64,000 nucleotides of DNA, from the IMG/VR virus record IMGVR_UViG_3300046804_002762, positions 31,681-95,680 of that record, one strand, 5' to 3'. The notes beneath the pieces are model-generated. The model did not search any database, was not told where the DNA came from, and was given only the letters and a program-made list of their open reading frames with translations. Positions 1-9,192 of this stretch are shown in pieces; position 1 is the stretch's first letter, and each line of letters begins with the position of its first letter. This DNA comes from a virus. The position numbers were made by a program, and so were the translations under genes.

Positions 1-12
1 TAAAAAAGAAGA

Positions 13-117
13 ATAAATAATTACACCTATTGAGACTGCAATTTCATAGGTAAGATTAGGTGCTCTTATGAGCACCTTTTCTATTATAAATATTAGTGCA
101 GTCTCAATAGAATAGAA
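13..117 (+). promoter_or_regulatory. Dual late-promoter / hairpin / terminator module upstream of the HNH gene
   Basis: ATAAATA 13-19; stem ACCTAT(25-30)/ATAGGT(46-51); hairpin AGGTGCTC-TTAT-GAGCACCT then a T run (58-80); TATAAATA 85-92; 97-110 is the exact reverse complement of 27-40. Confidence 0.75.
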
Positions 118-753
118 ATGAATTATCTAAAGGTTTATTGTAATCTAATCAGGAAAGCAGAGAACAGAATTCCTCCTGAAGATTATACGGAAAAGCACCA
201 TATATTTCCAGTAAGCATTTACGGAAAAAATGATAAAATTGCAATTCTTACTGGAAGAGAGCACTATATCGCACACGAATTGCTGGAAAGAATTTTTATA
301 AAACGATATGGATTAAAGGACAAAAGAACTATTAAAATGATAAACGCTGTTATTGCTATGAAAGGTAATGGTAATTATATTAATTCATATCTTTATGAGA
401 AAAGTAGAAAAAGATTTTCAAATTCTTTAAAAAGTATTCCAAAATCGGAAGAGCATAGGAAGAAAATGTCAGAGGCTTCAAAAAGAAGATATGAGAATAT
501 GGAGGAAAGAAAAAAGACATCAGAGCAGATGAAAAAATATCATAAAAATATTGATACAACTGGAAAAAATAATTCGAATTATAATAATGGATGTTATTAT
601 GAATTAACAAGTCCACTTGGAGAAATAGGTTATACGAATAAATTGGATGTTTTTTGTAAAAGAAATGATTTATCCAGGTCTGGTTTTTGGAAAGTCATAA
701 CATATAAACAAAAGAAAGACCACAAAGGATGGTCGGTTAGAAAACTGGACTAA
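118..753 (+). CDS. HNH homing endonuclease with NUMOD3-like DNA-binding repeat
   Basis: EKHHIFP...G.ND...LT.REHYIAHELL HNH motif; KSEEHRKKMSEA NUMOD3-like; AT-rich. Confidence 0.85.
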   Translation: MNYLKVYCNLIRKAENRIPPEDYTEKHHIFPVSIYGKNDKIAILTGREHYIAHELLERIFIKRYGLKDKRTIKMINAVIAMKGNGNYINSYLYEKSRKRFSNSLKSIPKSEEHRKKMSEASKRRYENMEERKKTSEQMKKYHKNIDTTGKNNSNYNNGCYYELTSPLGEIGYTNKLDVFCKRNDLSRSGFWKVITYKQKKDHKGWSVRKLD

Positions 754-808
754 TAATAGACAATCTGTAAAACCTGTGCTATGATATAGATACAAATTAA
801 TTAAACGG

Positions 809-1456
809 ATGGATTACAAAAAGTATTCTCTTGAAAATCTTGAGAAGTGGATTGAAGACGCAATCAATAGTAGTGAAGCATCGCCACAAGAAATTTATGA
901 TGTTATCAAAAATGTAGTGAGTGATAACTATTATTGCTACAAAAATCACACTGAAAGGTGTTATGAACTTCTTGCTCTTCTGAATGGTAATGGGAGGGGA
1001 CATATTCCAGCATACGATGAATATGTTGAGAAAAAAGAAAATCTTGTATGTGATAAAGATGATAAGTCTCCCAAGTGTCAAAAAGCATGGAGTGATTTTT
1101 GGGAAGAGAATTATTATCCTGAAGAGCATAATCAATACACTGAAGAAGAACTGAACGCAATGTGCGACAAGGCAGCATCAGACCAAGAAAAACAAAAGTG
1201 TCGTGAATATAACCTGCGTGAGGCAGAGTATTATGACAAGAGAGCAGAACTTGATGCTAAAAAAGATAAAGTAGTCAAATGGAAACTTCCTGTTGAGATT
1301 GATGGTATGAGCGGTGAGTATTATGTTAACTTCCCTGATGACTTGATGGAAGCAGCAAATATTGGAGAGAATGATATGGTAGAATGGATAGATCAAGGCA
1401 ATGGGTCATATTTTTTGCGTAAAGTAACTAAACCTATTGGAATTGATGAGTGCTGA
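809..1456 (+). CDS. Hypothetical protein with C-terminal AbrB/SpoVT-like domain
   Basis: C-terminal VNFPDDLMEAANIGENDMVEWIDQGNGSYFLRKV resembles the AbrB fold. Confidence 0.55.
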   Translation: MDYKKYSLENLEKWIEDAINSSEASPQEIYDVIKNVVSDNYYCYKNHTERCYELLALLNGNGRGHIPAYDEYVEKKENLVCDKDDKSPKCQKAWSDFWEENYYPEEHNQYTEEELNAMCDKAASDQEKQKCREYNLREAEYYDKRAELDAKKDKVVKWKLPVEIDGMSGEYYVNFPDDLMEAANIGENDMVEWIDQGNGSYFLRKVTKPIGIDEC

Positions 1457-1615
1457 TGGTTAAATTCATCAATGCTTGTTTAAATGGATTGATATACAGC
1501 ACGGGAAATATCTGTGTTGTTGACTATCCAAATCCATCTGTGGTAAAATATTATGAATCTGGTAAGTCCTGTTATGTCAACGGGATTTTTTATACTAAAT
1601 GTGAGGATAGATTAA

Positions 1616-1840
1616 ATGGCTCTTTCGCAACAAACCCTGGAACATCTTCTGGAAGCAGAATCACACCTTCGTACTGCAATTAAATCCGCGGCTTCTAATG
1701 AAAAACCTTTGGTAGTTAAACAACTCTCACAACTTCTTTTTGATATAGAGCAATGTAAGAAGTTTGAGGAATTGATGGATATGATTGATAATAGAAACCC
1801 TGGAAGTAGGGGATCTTTTGGTTCTTTATTTGATGACTAA
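1616..1840 (+). CDS. Hypothetical phage protein
   Basis: 74-aa ATG ORF in the + strand gene run. Confidence 0.7.
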   Translation: MALSQQTLEHLLEAESHLRTAIKSAASNEKPLVVKQLSQLLFDIEQCKKFEELMDMIDNRNPGSRGSFGSLFDD

Positions 1841-1928
1841 GAAGTGTTAAGTAATTCCAAAGACATTCTTAAGAATTCTTTATTTTGATAGATAAGATGT
1901 TATGATAGCAACACAATATTCGCGAATT

Positions 1929-2093
1929 ATGACCCTTCCATCAAAAAACAATAATAAACTCACCGATTCAGAATTTAATGAAATGGTTGCTCTTAAGAAT
2001 GCAATCAACTATGATATTGCTCAAGTTGTTCCTGAAAAAATGGAAACATTTACGGAATATTTTGTAAGGAGTTTAAAAGAACGTGGCGGTTGA
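1929..2093 (+). CDS. Hypothetical phage protein
   Basis: ORF 1902-2093; internal ATG (MTLPSK) is the more likely start. Confidence 0.55.
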   Translation: MTLPSKNNNKLTDSEFNEMVALKNAINYDIAQVVPEKMETFTEYFVRSLKERGG

Positions 2094-2095
2094 AT

Positions 2096-2142
2096 AAGTG
2101 TCACAAGGGGGGATTTACAAGTCCCTTTTTTTACTCTATAGT
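2096..2142 (+). promoter_or_regulatory. Sigma70-type promoter with upstream AAGTGTCACA box, overlapping a terminator-like hairpin
   Basis: TTTACA(2114)-17 nt-TATAGT(2137); GGGGGATTTACAAGTCCC followed by a T run. Confidence 0.6.
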
Positions 2143-2163
2143 CTTTTTAAGATAAACTCAAAA

Positions 2164-2571
2164 ATGAATTTCAAAACAGTTTTGCTTGCGTCAGTGTTTG
2201 TTGCACCAGTTCCTGTATTTGCACAACAAACAAACATTTATCAAGTCTGTACTAACTATCAAGAGAATTATTCACCTGGATATTATGATAGTTATGGAAA
2301 TTATGTTCAGGGAAGAGTAAATACTGAAAGTTATAATGTTCAATGTGGAACTGGTACATATTATCGTCCCAACGGAGGTAATGTTTATCAATCACCAGTA
2401 GTTGCTCCTGTGGCACAACCTAGAGGATATTGTTCTCCTGCAAGAACTACTCTTGGTGGACTTTTAGGAGGAGGAATTGCTGCTGCAGTTTCTAAAAAAA
2501 ATGCTTGGAGTTGGGCAATTCCTCTGGGTGTAGTACTGGGAACTGGTGCAGCAAACGTAAATTGTTACTGA
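2164..2571 (+). CDS. Secreted/membrane protein with C-terminal glycine zipper
   Basis: Signal-peptide-like MNFKTVLLASVFVAPVPVFA; GGLLGGGIAAA...GVVLGTGAA. Confidence 0.65.
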   Translation: MNFKTVLLASVFVAPVPVFAQQTNIYQVCTNYQENYSPGYYDSYGNYVQGRVNTESYNVQCGTGTYYRPNGGNVYQSPVVAPVAQPRGYCSPARTTLGGLLGGGIAAAVSKKNAWSWAIPLGVVLGTGAANVNCY

Positions 2572-2679
2572 ATATGGAAGCGGTACAGAGACCTTGTGAC
2601 AATTGAAGAAGTGGCACACAAATCTCCACAAGAGGCACAAAAGACCCTATAGTACATTTGTTGATTTGAGGAACCTACC

Positions 2680-3090
2680 ATCGCCACTCGCTCTCGCATC
2701 GGTCTTGAACTTAAGAACGGCAGTATTCTGTCTGTCTATCATCACTGGGATGGTTATCCTGAGTGGTTGGGTCGTATTCTTACTACTCACTACAATACTC
2801 GTGCTAAAGCAGCAGAACTGATTGATGGTGGTGATATGAGTTCTGCTTGGACTAATGCTGGTTGGAATAACGAAACCCGCGCACAAGGTCCGCTGTATTA
2901 TACCGAGCGTGGTGATGAGTTTATTGCCCCTCGCCTTGATGCTGATCTGTGTGAGTATCTGAATAACACTAGTGAAGTGTATGCTTATGTCTTCCGTAAT
3001 GGTCAGTGGGTATGCTATAATATGAATCTGTTTGATGATACTAAACTCCCTGAAATCGTTGAAATTCCCTCTGGTGCTCTTGCTGTCTGA
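2680..3090 (+). CDS. Phage hypothetical protein (xATRSRIG...YHHWDGYP), apparent ATC start
   Basis: Frame is open from ATC 2680 after GAGGAA; in-frame TGA at 2662-2664; same frame as the tracked 2767-3090 ORF. Confidence 0.7.
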   Translation: MATRSRIGLELKNGSILSVYHHWDGYPEWLGRILTTHYNTRAKAAELIDGGDMSSAWTNAGWNNETRAQGPLYYTERGDEFIAPRLDADLCEYLNNTSEVYAYVFRNGQWVCYNMNLFDDTKLPEIVEIPSGALAV

Positions 3091-3093
3091 CCT

Positions 3094-3285
3094 ATGAAAA
3101 CTTCTACTGCTATTGGTGTTATTGCTGGTGCTATTGTTATTGTAACTGTTAGCATCTTATTTGAAGCGTGGTTGCTTGGACTGATTCTATCTTGGTTTAA
3201 TGTATTCTTGACCTTCGGGCAGAACCTTGCTATTGTGGTTCTTGCTAATATGATTTTCAAAAACTCTGGGAGTTCTTCTAAATGA
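3094..3285 (+). CDS. Small membrane protein
   Basis: Hydrophobic 63-aa ORF abutting the previous stop. Confidence 0.7.
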   Translation: MKTSTAIGVIAGAIVIVTVSILFEAWLLGLILSWFNVFLTFGQNLAIVVLANMIFKNSGSSSK

Positions 3286-3669
3286 ATCGTAAGTACATCA
3301 CCGTATTTGCATTAGGTTTCCTTGCTATGATTGGTTGGAATGTCTTTCTAGTACAACGCGATGAGCGAATGTATGATGCTTATTATCGCACAAAAGCGAT
3401 AGAGAACCTCAAAACTCCTCCAAGTAATCAAATTAGGTGATTTACTTTCTTCTCATTTCTGCGGCATTTGGATGGTTCTTTTTTGTACTATTCTCTAAAC
3501 ATTTTGATTACCTAGACGAACACAAACGCAAATGATTCCACAACGTATTCGAGAACTGATTATGAACGCAGAACGTGAAAAGATTGCCCGTGAGTTTTGG
3601 GAGGAAATTGAACAGGAAGCAGCAAAACTTGAAGTAACTGTGGACTATTATCTTGCTGAGTTTTACTGA
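3282..3669 (+). CDS. Small hypothetical ORFs 3282-3440 and 3532-3669
   Basis: Read by eye: MNRKYITVFALGFLAMIGWN... and MIPQRIRELIMNAEREKIAREFWEE... Confidence 0.55.
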
Positions 3670-3741
3670 TGACTTTTATTCTTGGTATGCTTACTGGTAT
3701 TCTTTTGACAGTCGGAACATCCCTTATTGTTGCTTCCAACA

Positions 3742-3770
3742 TTGACAAAGAAGACAATCAATTCTAAACT
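3742..3770 (+). promoter_or_regulatory. Sigma70-type promoter
   Basis: TTGACA-17 nt-TAAACT, then GAGG and ATG 3794. Confidence 0.7.
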
Positions 3771-3793
3771 TAAGAGGTAAATTACACAAAAAA

Positions 3794-4033
3794 ATGGCAC
3801 AAAAGTTTCTCTATATCTTGGACTATTTCGTTCCACAGTTTCAATCGGAATATGGTGGATTGCTTAACGTAATCGCAGAAAATGATGAAGAATGTTTTGA
3901 TGTTGTTGTTGAATGGGATAATGAAACCTGGACAGAATACTACAGCAAACTACGAGAAAACATTGTAAAAGCACAACGCTTTCCTCTTCTTGAAAACGAA
4001 GAATCTTGTGTAGTTGAATCCTTTACGACCTGA
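3794..4033 (+). CDS. Hypothetical phage protein
   Basis: 79-aa ORF downstream of a promoter. Confidence 0.7.
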   Translation: MAQKFLYILDYFVPQFQSEYGGLLNVIAENDEECFDVVVEWDNETWTEYYSKLRENIVKAQRFPLLENEESCVVESFTT

Positions 4034-4183
4034 TGATTGACACATCTTTGAATCGTCTTGAGTTTAATCTGAAGCAACAGTATCAAGAACGCATTACATT
4101 TTTACAACAAAAGATCACAGAACAACAGCACGAAATACTGAGACTTCAGGAGCAAATCAAATATATGTCAAAAGATAAGTTCT

Positions 4184-4477
4184 ATGACTGTTGAACTTCC
4201 ATCTTCTTTCTTTCATTCTCCCCCAAAAGGATATTATTATGAAGCAACTGAGTTCAAACGAAATGTTATCAGTATTTGGTTATGTAATACTCGCAAGTTT
4301 GACTATAATAATGGTGCTGAAACCAGAACTATACACTCCTTCTACAACACCAAAACCAGAGAATATTTTGCCCCGATCAATAGTAGAACCATCGGTGCTT
4401 GTGTAAATATCAAGAACACGCGGAACTATACCGCGATGCCGATAAACCAATCAATTCTGGAGTCTTGTTTCGTATGA
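4184..4477 (+). CDS. Hypothetical phage protein
   Basis: 97-aa ORF with overlapping start/stop junctions. Confidence 0.7.
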   Translation: MTVELPSSFFHSPPKGYYYEATEFKRNVISIWLCNTRKFDYNNGAETRTIHSFYNTKTREYFAPINSRTIGACVNIKNTRNYTAMPINQSILESCFV

Positions 4478-4650
4478 TCATCGAAGAGGGAACCGAAGTC
4501 ATTTACAAAAGCATTTCTGGAGTGATTGCATTTGCCTCTGATCAATATGTCTCAATTCTTTTCAGAAAAGGAAAACACAAATCTCAAGATGTGAAGATCG
4601 TAGTTTATCAAGAAGATTTTAAGAATGTTGTGCTAGCAGATGGAAAATGA
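4474..4650 (+). CDS. Hypothetical protein (MIIEEGTEV...)
   Basis: ATGA overlap with the preceding stop. Confidence 0.6.
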   Translation: MIIEEGTEVIYKSISGVIAFASDQYVSILFRKGKHKSQDVKIVVYQEDFKNVVLADGK

Positions 4651-4928
4651 AGAAGAGTAATAACTGGTGGCGATGGTGGGCAAAATCCATCGGAGAGAAA
4701 GCATCCAAATGTGATAAAGAAAGCGACACGGTTGCGGTTATTCGCACCGTGATTTTTGCTACTTATTTGATTACAAACTGCTTTATAGTGGCAGGCGTAA
4801 TTAGGCACTGGAATGATAAACCTCAAATTGAAATCTTTATTGAAAATCCTTATGAAGTACCTGGTACAGTATCTCCAACCCAAAAAGAAGGGTTACTCCA
4901 AGCAAACCGCAACTTTGCTTACGATTGA
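4647..4928 (+). CDS. Membrane protein
   Basis: WWRWWAKSIGEKA followed by a TM segment. Confidence 0.65.
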   Translation: MKKSNNWWRWWAKSIGEKASKCDKESDTVAVIRTVIFATYLITNCFIVAGVIRHWNDKPQIEIFIENPYEVPGTVSPTQKEGLLQANRNFAYD

Positions 4929-5017
4929 TGATGCAGAATTCTGGTGTAAAGTGATAGAAAAGAAAGGTGCAAAGGATATAAAGATATTGGTTCAATAAAT
5001 AACTAAAAAGTATTAAA

Positions 5018-5185
5018 ATGAAACCAACACCCAGACAACTTCAAGAAACTTATAAAATTCACGATCAACTCGTAGAGCATCTTATCTCTGAAGGATATGC
5101 TGATGATGAAAAATCTGCAGATAACATTATCAACGGAATGAGCGAAACTTGGTTTAATTTGATTATTAACGATAATAATTCTTGA
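5018..5185 (+). CDS. Small late protein
   Basis: ATAAATA at 4995-5001; 55 aa MKPTPRQ...HLISEGYADDEKSADNIINGMSETW. Confidence 0.6.
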   Translation: MKPTPRQLQETYKIHDQLVEHLISEGYADDEKSADNIINGMSETWFNLIINDNNS

Positions 5186-5216
5186 TTATTTCAAATATAT
5201 CAAAACAAGAAGAAAG

Positions 5217-5807
5217 ATGCTAACATTCAAAGAGTTTTATAGTATTTGTGAAGGGAAAAAAACAAAAGATCTTCCATATGTAGTTCCTGGTACTTATCAA
5301 GAAAAAGATGGTGTAAAGATATACACTCTCAAGAGAGATGATGGACAAAAGAGAGAACCAATCAAGTCTGCAAAGAAAATATCCAAAATGCTTGATAAGC
5401 AAGGTGGAATTGGTGGTAAAGCAATAAAAAAAGCAATAAAAAAAGCAGGAAAGAAAGTTAAATCAGTCTCTGAAGATCTGGAAGCAAGAAGACAGCAACT
5501 TGCAAAAAGACAAAGAGATAATGTTTCTGCATTTAGGGAAAGATCCATTGCATCAGTAAATGCACAGAGAGAAAGAGTTGCAAATCAAAAAGAACGCGAA
5601 GAGTTAAAGAGGGAAATTAAGAAAGAACTGCAGACAGAGCAGCATCCCACAATGCAACCCAATGAATATAACAAACAGGTAGCAAGACAATCTGCACGTT
5701 GGAAAGGTATGCAAATCCGTCAGGCACATGGTGAAATGGAGCACGAAGCAGGAGCACAACTAGCAGCAAAGAAAGCAAGAATGAAAGCAATTATGTCAAG
5801 AAAATAG
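5217..5807 (+). CDS. Basic protein, putative internal head protein
   Basis: N-terminus MLTFKEFYSICE resembles the T4 capsid-targeting sequence; K/R-rich; downstream of a late promoter. Confidence 0.55.
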   Translation: MLTFKEFYSICEGKKTKDLPYVVPGTYQEKDGVKIYTLKRDDGQKREPIKSAKKISKMLDKQGGIGGKAIKKAIKKAGKKVKSVSEDLEARRQQLAKRQRDNVSAFRERSIASVNAQRERVANQKEREELKREIKKELQTEQHPTMQPNEYNKQVARQSARWKGMQIRQAHGEMEHEAGAQLAAKKARMKAIMSRK

Positions 5808-5810
5808 TAC

Positions 5811-5910
5811 ATAAATAATGATGCCTTAATTGACTCGCATCTTTAAGGTTGGAGAGGAGAAATCCTCTCCTTTTAATATAAATAATACTGCGAGTCAATT
5901 TAAGAGCAGA
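5811..5910 (+). repeat. ~100-bp regulatory module, near-identical to 15514-15612
   Basis: ATAAATA...GACTCGCA...GGAGAGGA-GAAA-TCCTCTCC-TTTT...TATAAATA...TGCGAGTC. Confidence 0.9.
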
Positions 5911-5913
5911 ACT

Positions 5914-5999
5914 ATGGAAATCCAAAAGAGTATTACTATACCTATTATTCTTATGAAGAATGGGGTAGAGGATATATTGGCAGTATGGGAAAGAATTGA
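5914..5999 (+). pseudogene. Frameshifted, truncated GIY-YIG-like endonuclease remnant
   Basis: MEIQK, then in a shifted frame EYYYTYYSYEEWGRGYIGSMGKN*; ends at the first cassette repeat. Confidence 0.6.
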
Positions 6000-6192
6000 T
6001 AAAAACTTTGGGGCCTTGAAAGTGTTCTAATAATGTAAGCACTCAAACTCAAATGGAAGACTTTGATGACCTTTTAGTAGAAGAGTTTTCTTCTTTTGAC
6101 TTTCTTGAAGAGATGAATGAAGGTCTCTTTGAAGAGCAAGATAATTTGAAATCCTTCAACAACTATTTGAACTCCAATTACGATTGCTGATT

Positions 6193-6583
6193 ATGACTCC
6201 TGACACTTACACTTTTTCTGGCGATGCTGTTACCTTCCTTGGTTTGGTTGGTGTTGCTTCAACGCTTCTTATTGTTGTTACTTCTTTCCGCAGGTTTTTC
6301 AACAGTCCTTACAATGTTCGTGTGACACCTAAAGTTACTCAAGAGACCACCACTGAAATTACTGAATCCTGAACTAATGACTCAAACTGTAAACGTCCTG
6401 CCTCATCTTGAAGAACTGAAAAATGCTTGGCGTAAGCAAGATTTTAAGTTCAGTTCAACACAAAATGAAGAGTATCAAATGCTTCTTCAAGCACGACGAG
6501 AAAGGGTTAGGTGGTTCTACGAAACTGGTCAAGTATGTAAAGTCAGTAAATCTGCACAAGATAAACTGAAGGAAGACAACTAA
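6193..6583 (+). CDS. Two small hypothetical ORFs: 6193-6372 (membrane) and 6377-6583
   Basis: Consecutive ORFs; the first has a TM segment. Confidence 0.65.
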
Positions 6584-6655
6584 ACAATGGTGCTGCAGTT
6601 GAGAAACTGAACACTGACTCTTGACTAAATACCTAAAAAGACTTATTCTGTAGAG

Positions 6656-7258
6656 ATGAAAACATTTTCTCAATTTTGTGCAGAAGCATATGATGCTTCC
6701 TTTATGTCTGGAGCACAAATTCGCAGAACAGGCGAAGGTGGGCGTATTGGATCTTTGAGAAAAAAGACTGCCCCCGAAAAGCGTAGAATGGCACAGGCAA
6801 AACCAGGAGAAGAAAGAAAACCAACAGAATATAAACCAAGAAAGGATATTGGTACTCAAAGACAAGCATCTACAAGAGTTCAACAACCAACACAAGAACG
6901 TGGATCTGCTGATGTAAAAGCAAAAGCAGCAGCGGCAGCAAAAGAAGAAAGAAAGAAAGCAGCACTTGCTAGAATTGCTGCAAAGAAAGGTGGAGCAGCA
7001 CCAGCAGCAGAAAAACCAAAAGCAAAAGAAGCAGAAAAGACAGCAACTAAACTACTTGCAAAGAAGAAAACTGAAGTAGATTTAAGACCTGCTGATCAAC
7101 CAAAACGTCCTGTTGTTGGTATGTCAAGAGAGAAAAGAAAGGACATTACAAGAAGAGGTCATAGAAAACTTGAAACTCTTGTAAGACAATCTGAGGCAGA
7201 AAAGCAAGGTAAGAAACCAGAGCAAGTTCAACTTAAGCACGACTATAGACCTAAGTAA
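6656..7258 (+). CDS. Lys/Ala-rich basic protein, putative internal head protein
   Basis: MKTFSQFCAE versus T4 CTS consensus MKT(Y/F)xEFIxE; TAAATA at 6626-6631. Confidence 0.65.
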   Translation: MKTFSQFCAEAYDASFMSGAQIRRTGEGGRIGSLRKKTAPEKRRMAQAKPGEERKPTEYKPRKDIGTQRQASTRVQQPTQERGSADVKAKAAAAAKEERKKAALARIAAKKGGAAPAAEKPKAKEAEKTATKLLAKKKTEVDLRPADQPKRPVVGMSREKRKDITRRGHRKLETLVRQSEAEKQGKKPEQVQLKHDYRPK

Positions 7259-7310
7259 TCTAACTCTGGGGCCTTGAAAGTGTCCCTGTAGTATAAGCAC
7301 TTCCTTCATA

Positions 7311-7788
7311 ATGGACCGAATCGAAATCCAACGCGCACTCTATGATGCTCGCAATGAGTATGCGAAGGCAAAGAAATCTGTAGAGTTTTGGACTCGTGAG
7401 ATTTCTTTCTTGAAAGAGTGTGAAGACAACCTCAATAAAGGTCGCACTGGTGATTGGTTGTTTAATGAAATGTTTGGCGATACTCCACTCGCTGAAGAAG
7501 TTTATGGGGGTTGATTAAACCTCATCAGCACGCTCAGATTAACCTCTAAGCGTGCTATTTTTGTCTTTAGATACCAAACCACTGAGAACAATGAATTACA
7601 TTCAGATCCCTGATTATGTCTATGAGCGTATGCTCAAGACTCTTCAAAATGGCGTCGATGTGTGCTATAATGTAGATCATTCCTCGGATATTACTGAACA
7701 GTCTCCGAGTTATGCAAATGGTTACAGTCGCGCTACAATGCAGAGTGTGATCTCTGATTTGAAATACTGCAAAGAGCAACAGAACTAA
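7311..7788 (+). CDS. Two small hypothetical ORFs: 7311-7514 and ~7591-7788
   Basis: Lie between repeat copies 7261 and 7788. Confidence 0.65.
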
Positions 7789-7823
7789 ACTCTGGGGCCT
7801 TCAAAGTGTCCTTATATTAGATA

Positions 7824-9065
7824 ATGATTCCAATGCAAATCCAACTTCGCCCTCATCAAGAACGCGGTGTTGCTGCTATGCAAAAGCACCCTAAAGGTCA
7901 ACTGATCGTTCCAACGGGAGGAGGAAAAACTCTCAAGATGATCTATGATGCTCTGCGCGAGTTGCAGTCTGAAACTCCCCAGACCATTGTTGTTGTTGCT
8001 CCTCGCATTTTGCTTGCTGAGCAACTTTCTGCTGAGTTCCTTGAGTTTATCACCAACGCCAAGGTTTTTCACGTTCACAGTGGCGAAACTCATCACGAGT
8101 CTTCCACTCGCCCTCGTGAGATTCGTAACTGGGTTGATGCTAATGCTGGCAATCATCGCCTGATTGTAACCACCTACAATTCTCTGTCGCGTCTCCAAGT
8201 AGCAGAGATTGATGTGGATACGATCTACTTTGATGAGGCACATAACAGCGTTCAGCGTCATTTTTTCCCTGCAACTGAGCACTTTGCTGCTAATGCACGT
8301 CGCTGCTACTTTCTGACGGCAACCCCAAAACATTCTCTTGCTGTCGGCAAACCAGGGATGAATGATGCTGCTGTTTATGGTCAGGTGATCTGCAAAGTTC
8401 CTGCTCCTGAGTTGGTTGAAGGTGGATACATTGTTCCCCCTAAAGTGATCGTCAAGCAACTGCCTATGGTAACTGGTAAGCAGACCAACTTCGACCGTGA
8501 TTCGGAGAATCTGCTAGAAACCATTGATGACAATCAAGTCGGCAAGATTTTGATCTGCGCTAAGGCAACCAAGCAGATTGTTTCTCTGGTTTCTGAGACT
8601 GACTTCTGTTCTGAGTTGGAGTCTCGCGGTTATTCTTGGATGTATATCACGGCAAAGACGGGTGCTGTCATCGACGGTAAGAAAGTGAACCGTGAGGTAT
8701 TCTTCGACACGCTATCTGCCTGGGGTAAGGATAACGATAAGAAGTTCGTTGTTCTCCACCACTCCATCCTGGCAGAAGGTATCAACGTGTCGGGTTTGGA
8801 AGCAGTTCTCTTCCTGCGTAATATGGACTTTATTGGTATCTCCCAAACTATCGGACGCTGTATCAGGTTGCATCACGATGATGCCAAAGGTCTGCGCGAT
8901 GGACGTATCGAACCTGGCAACCTTGCTCAGTATAGCAAATCGTTCGGTCTTGTTTGTATTCCCATTTACTCAAAAGTAGGAATCGCTACTGCCCGCGCAG
9001 TTCAGTCTGTCGTTGATACGATCTTTGAGAAGGGCGAACCTGCCATCAGCACTGTGAGGCGGTGA
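7824..9065 (+). CDS. Superfamily 2 DEAH helicase (Res-III-like)
   Basis: LRPHQ Q-motif, PTGGGKT, DEAH, TAT, EGINV, QTIGRCIR. Confidence 0.9.
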   Translation: MIPMQIQLRPHQERGVAAMQKHPKGQLIVPTGGGKTLKMIYDALRELQSETPQTIVVVAPRILLAEQLSAEFLEFITNAKVFHVHSGETHHESSTRPREIRNWVDANAGNHRLIVTTYNSLSRLQVAEIDVDTIYFDEAHNSVQRHFFPATEHFAANARRCYFLTATPKHSLAVGKPGMNDAAVYGQVICKVPAPELVEGGYIVPPKVIVKQLPMVTGKQTNFDRDSENLLETIDDNQVGKILICAKATKQIVSLVSETDFCSELESRGYSWMYITAKTGAVIDGKKVNREVFFDTLSAWGKDNDKKFVVLHHSILAEGINVSGLEAVLFLRNMDFIGISQTIGRCIRLHHDDAKGLRDGRIEPGNLAQYSKSFGLVCIPIYSKVGIATARAVQSVVDTIFEKGEPAISTVRR

Positions 9066-9182
9066 GTCTCACAGTAGACTCAAGGCCCTGACTGGACTGA
9101 AAACCTGATTTTTCTGCAATTCTACCTGAAGGGTGTCATAGGTCATCCTCCGCAACCAAATCAACGATTTTTTGGAAAGTGT
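9061..9182 (-). repeat. Non-coding element, inverted homolog of 18521-18641
   Basis: Reverse complement shares ACACTTTC, TGCGG(A/G)GGATGACCTA and GAGAC(T/G)CACC at matched spacing. Confidence 0.75.
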
Positions 9183-9192
9183 AGAATAGGGC

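Noticed and set aside
2603-2821. 72-aa ORF in the track
   Set aside because: It overlaps the promoter and the better-supported frame starting at 2680.
5791-6042. Minus-strand ORFs 5791-6042 and 15140-15601 sharing TRSIIY.KRRGFLLSNLKDASQLRHHYL
   Set aside because: The similarity is only the antisense reading of the duplicated regulatory module.
7812-8459. 215-aa antisense ORF inside the helicase, and similar antisense ORFs inside structural genes
   Set aside because: Shadow ORFs that fully overlap well-supported genes and show no motifs.
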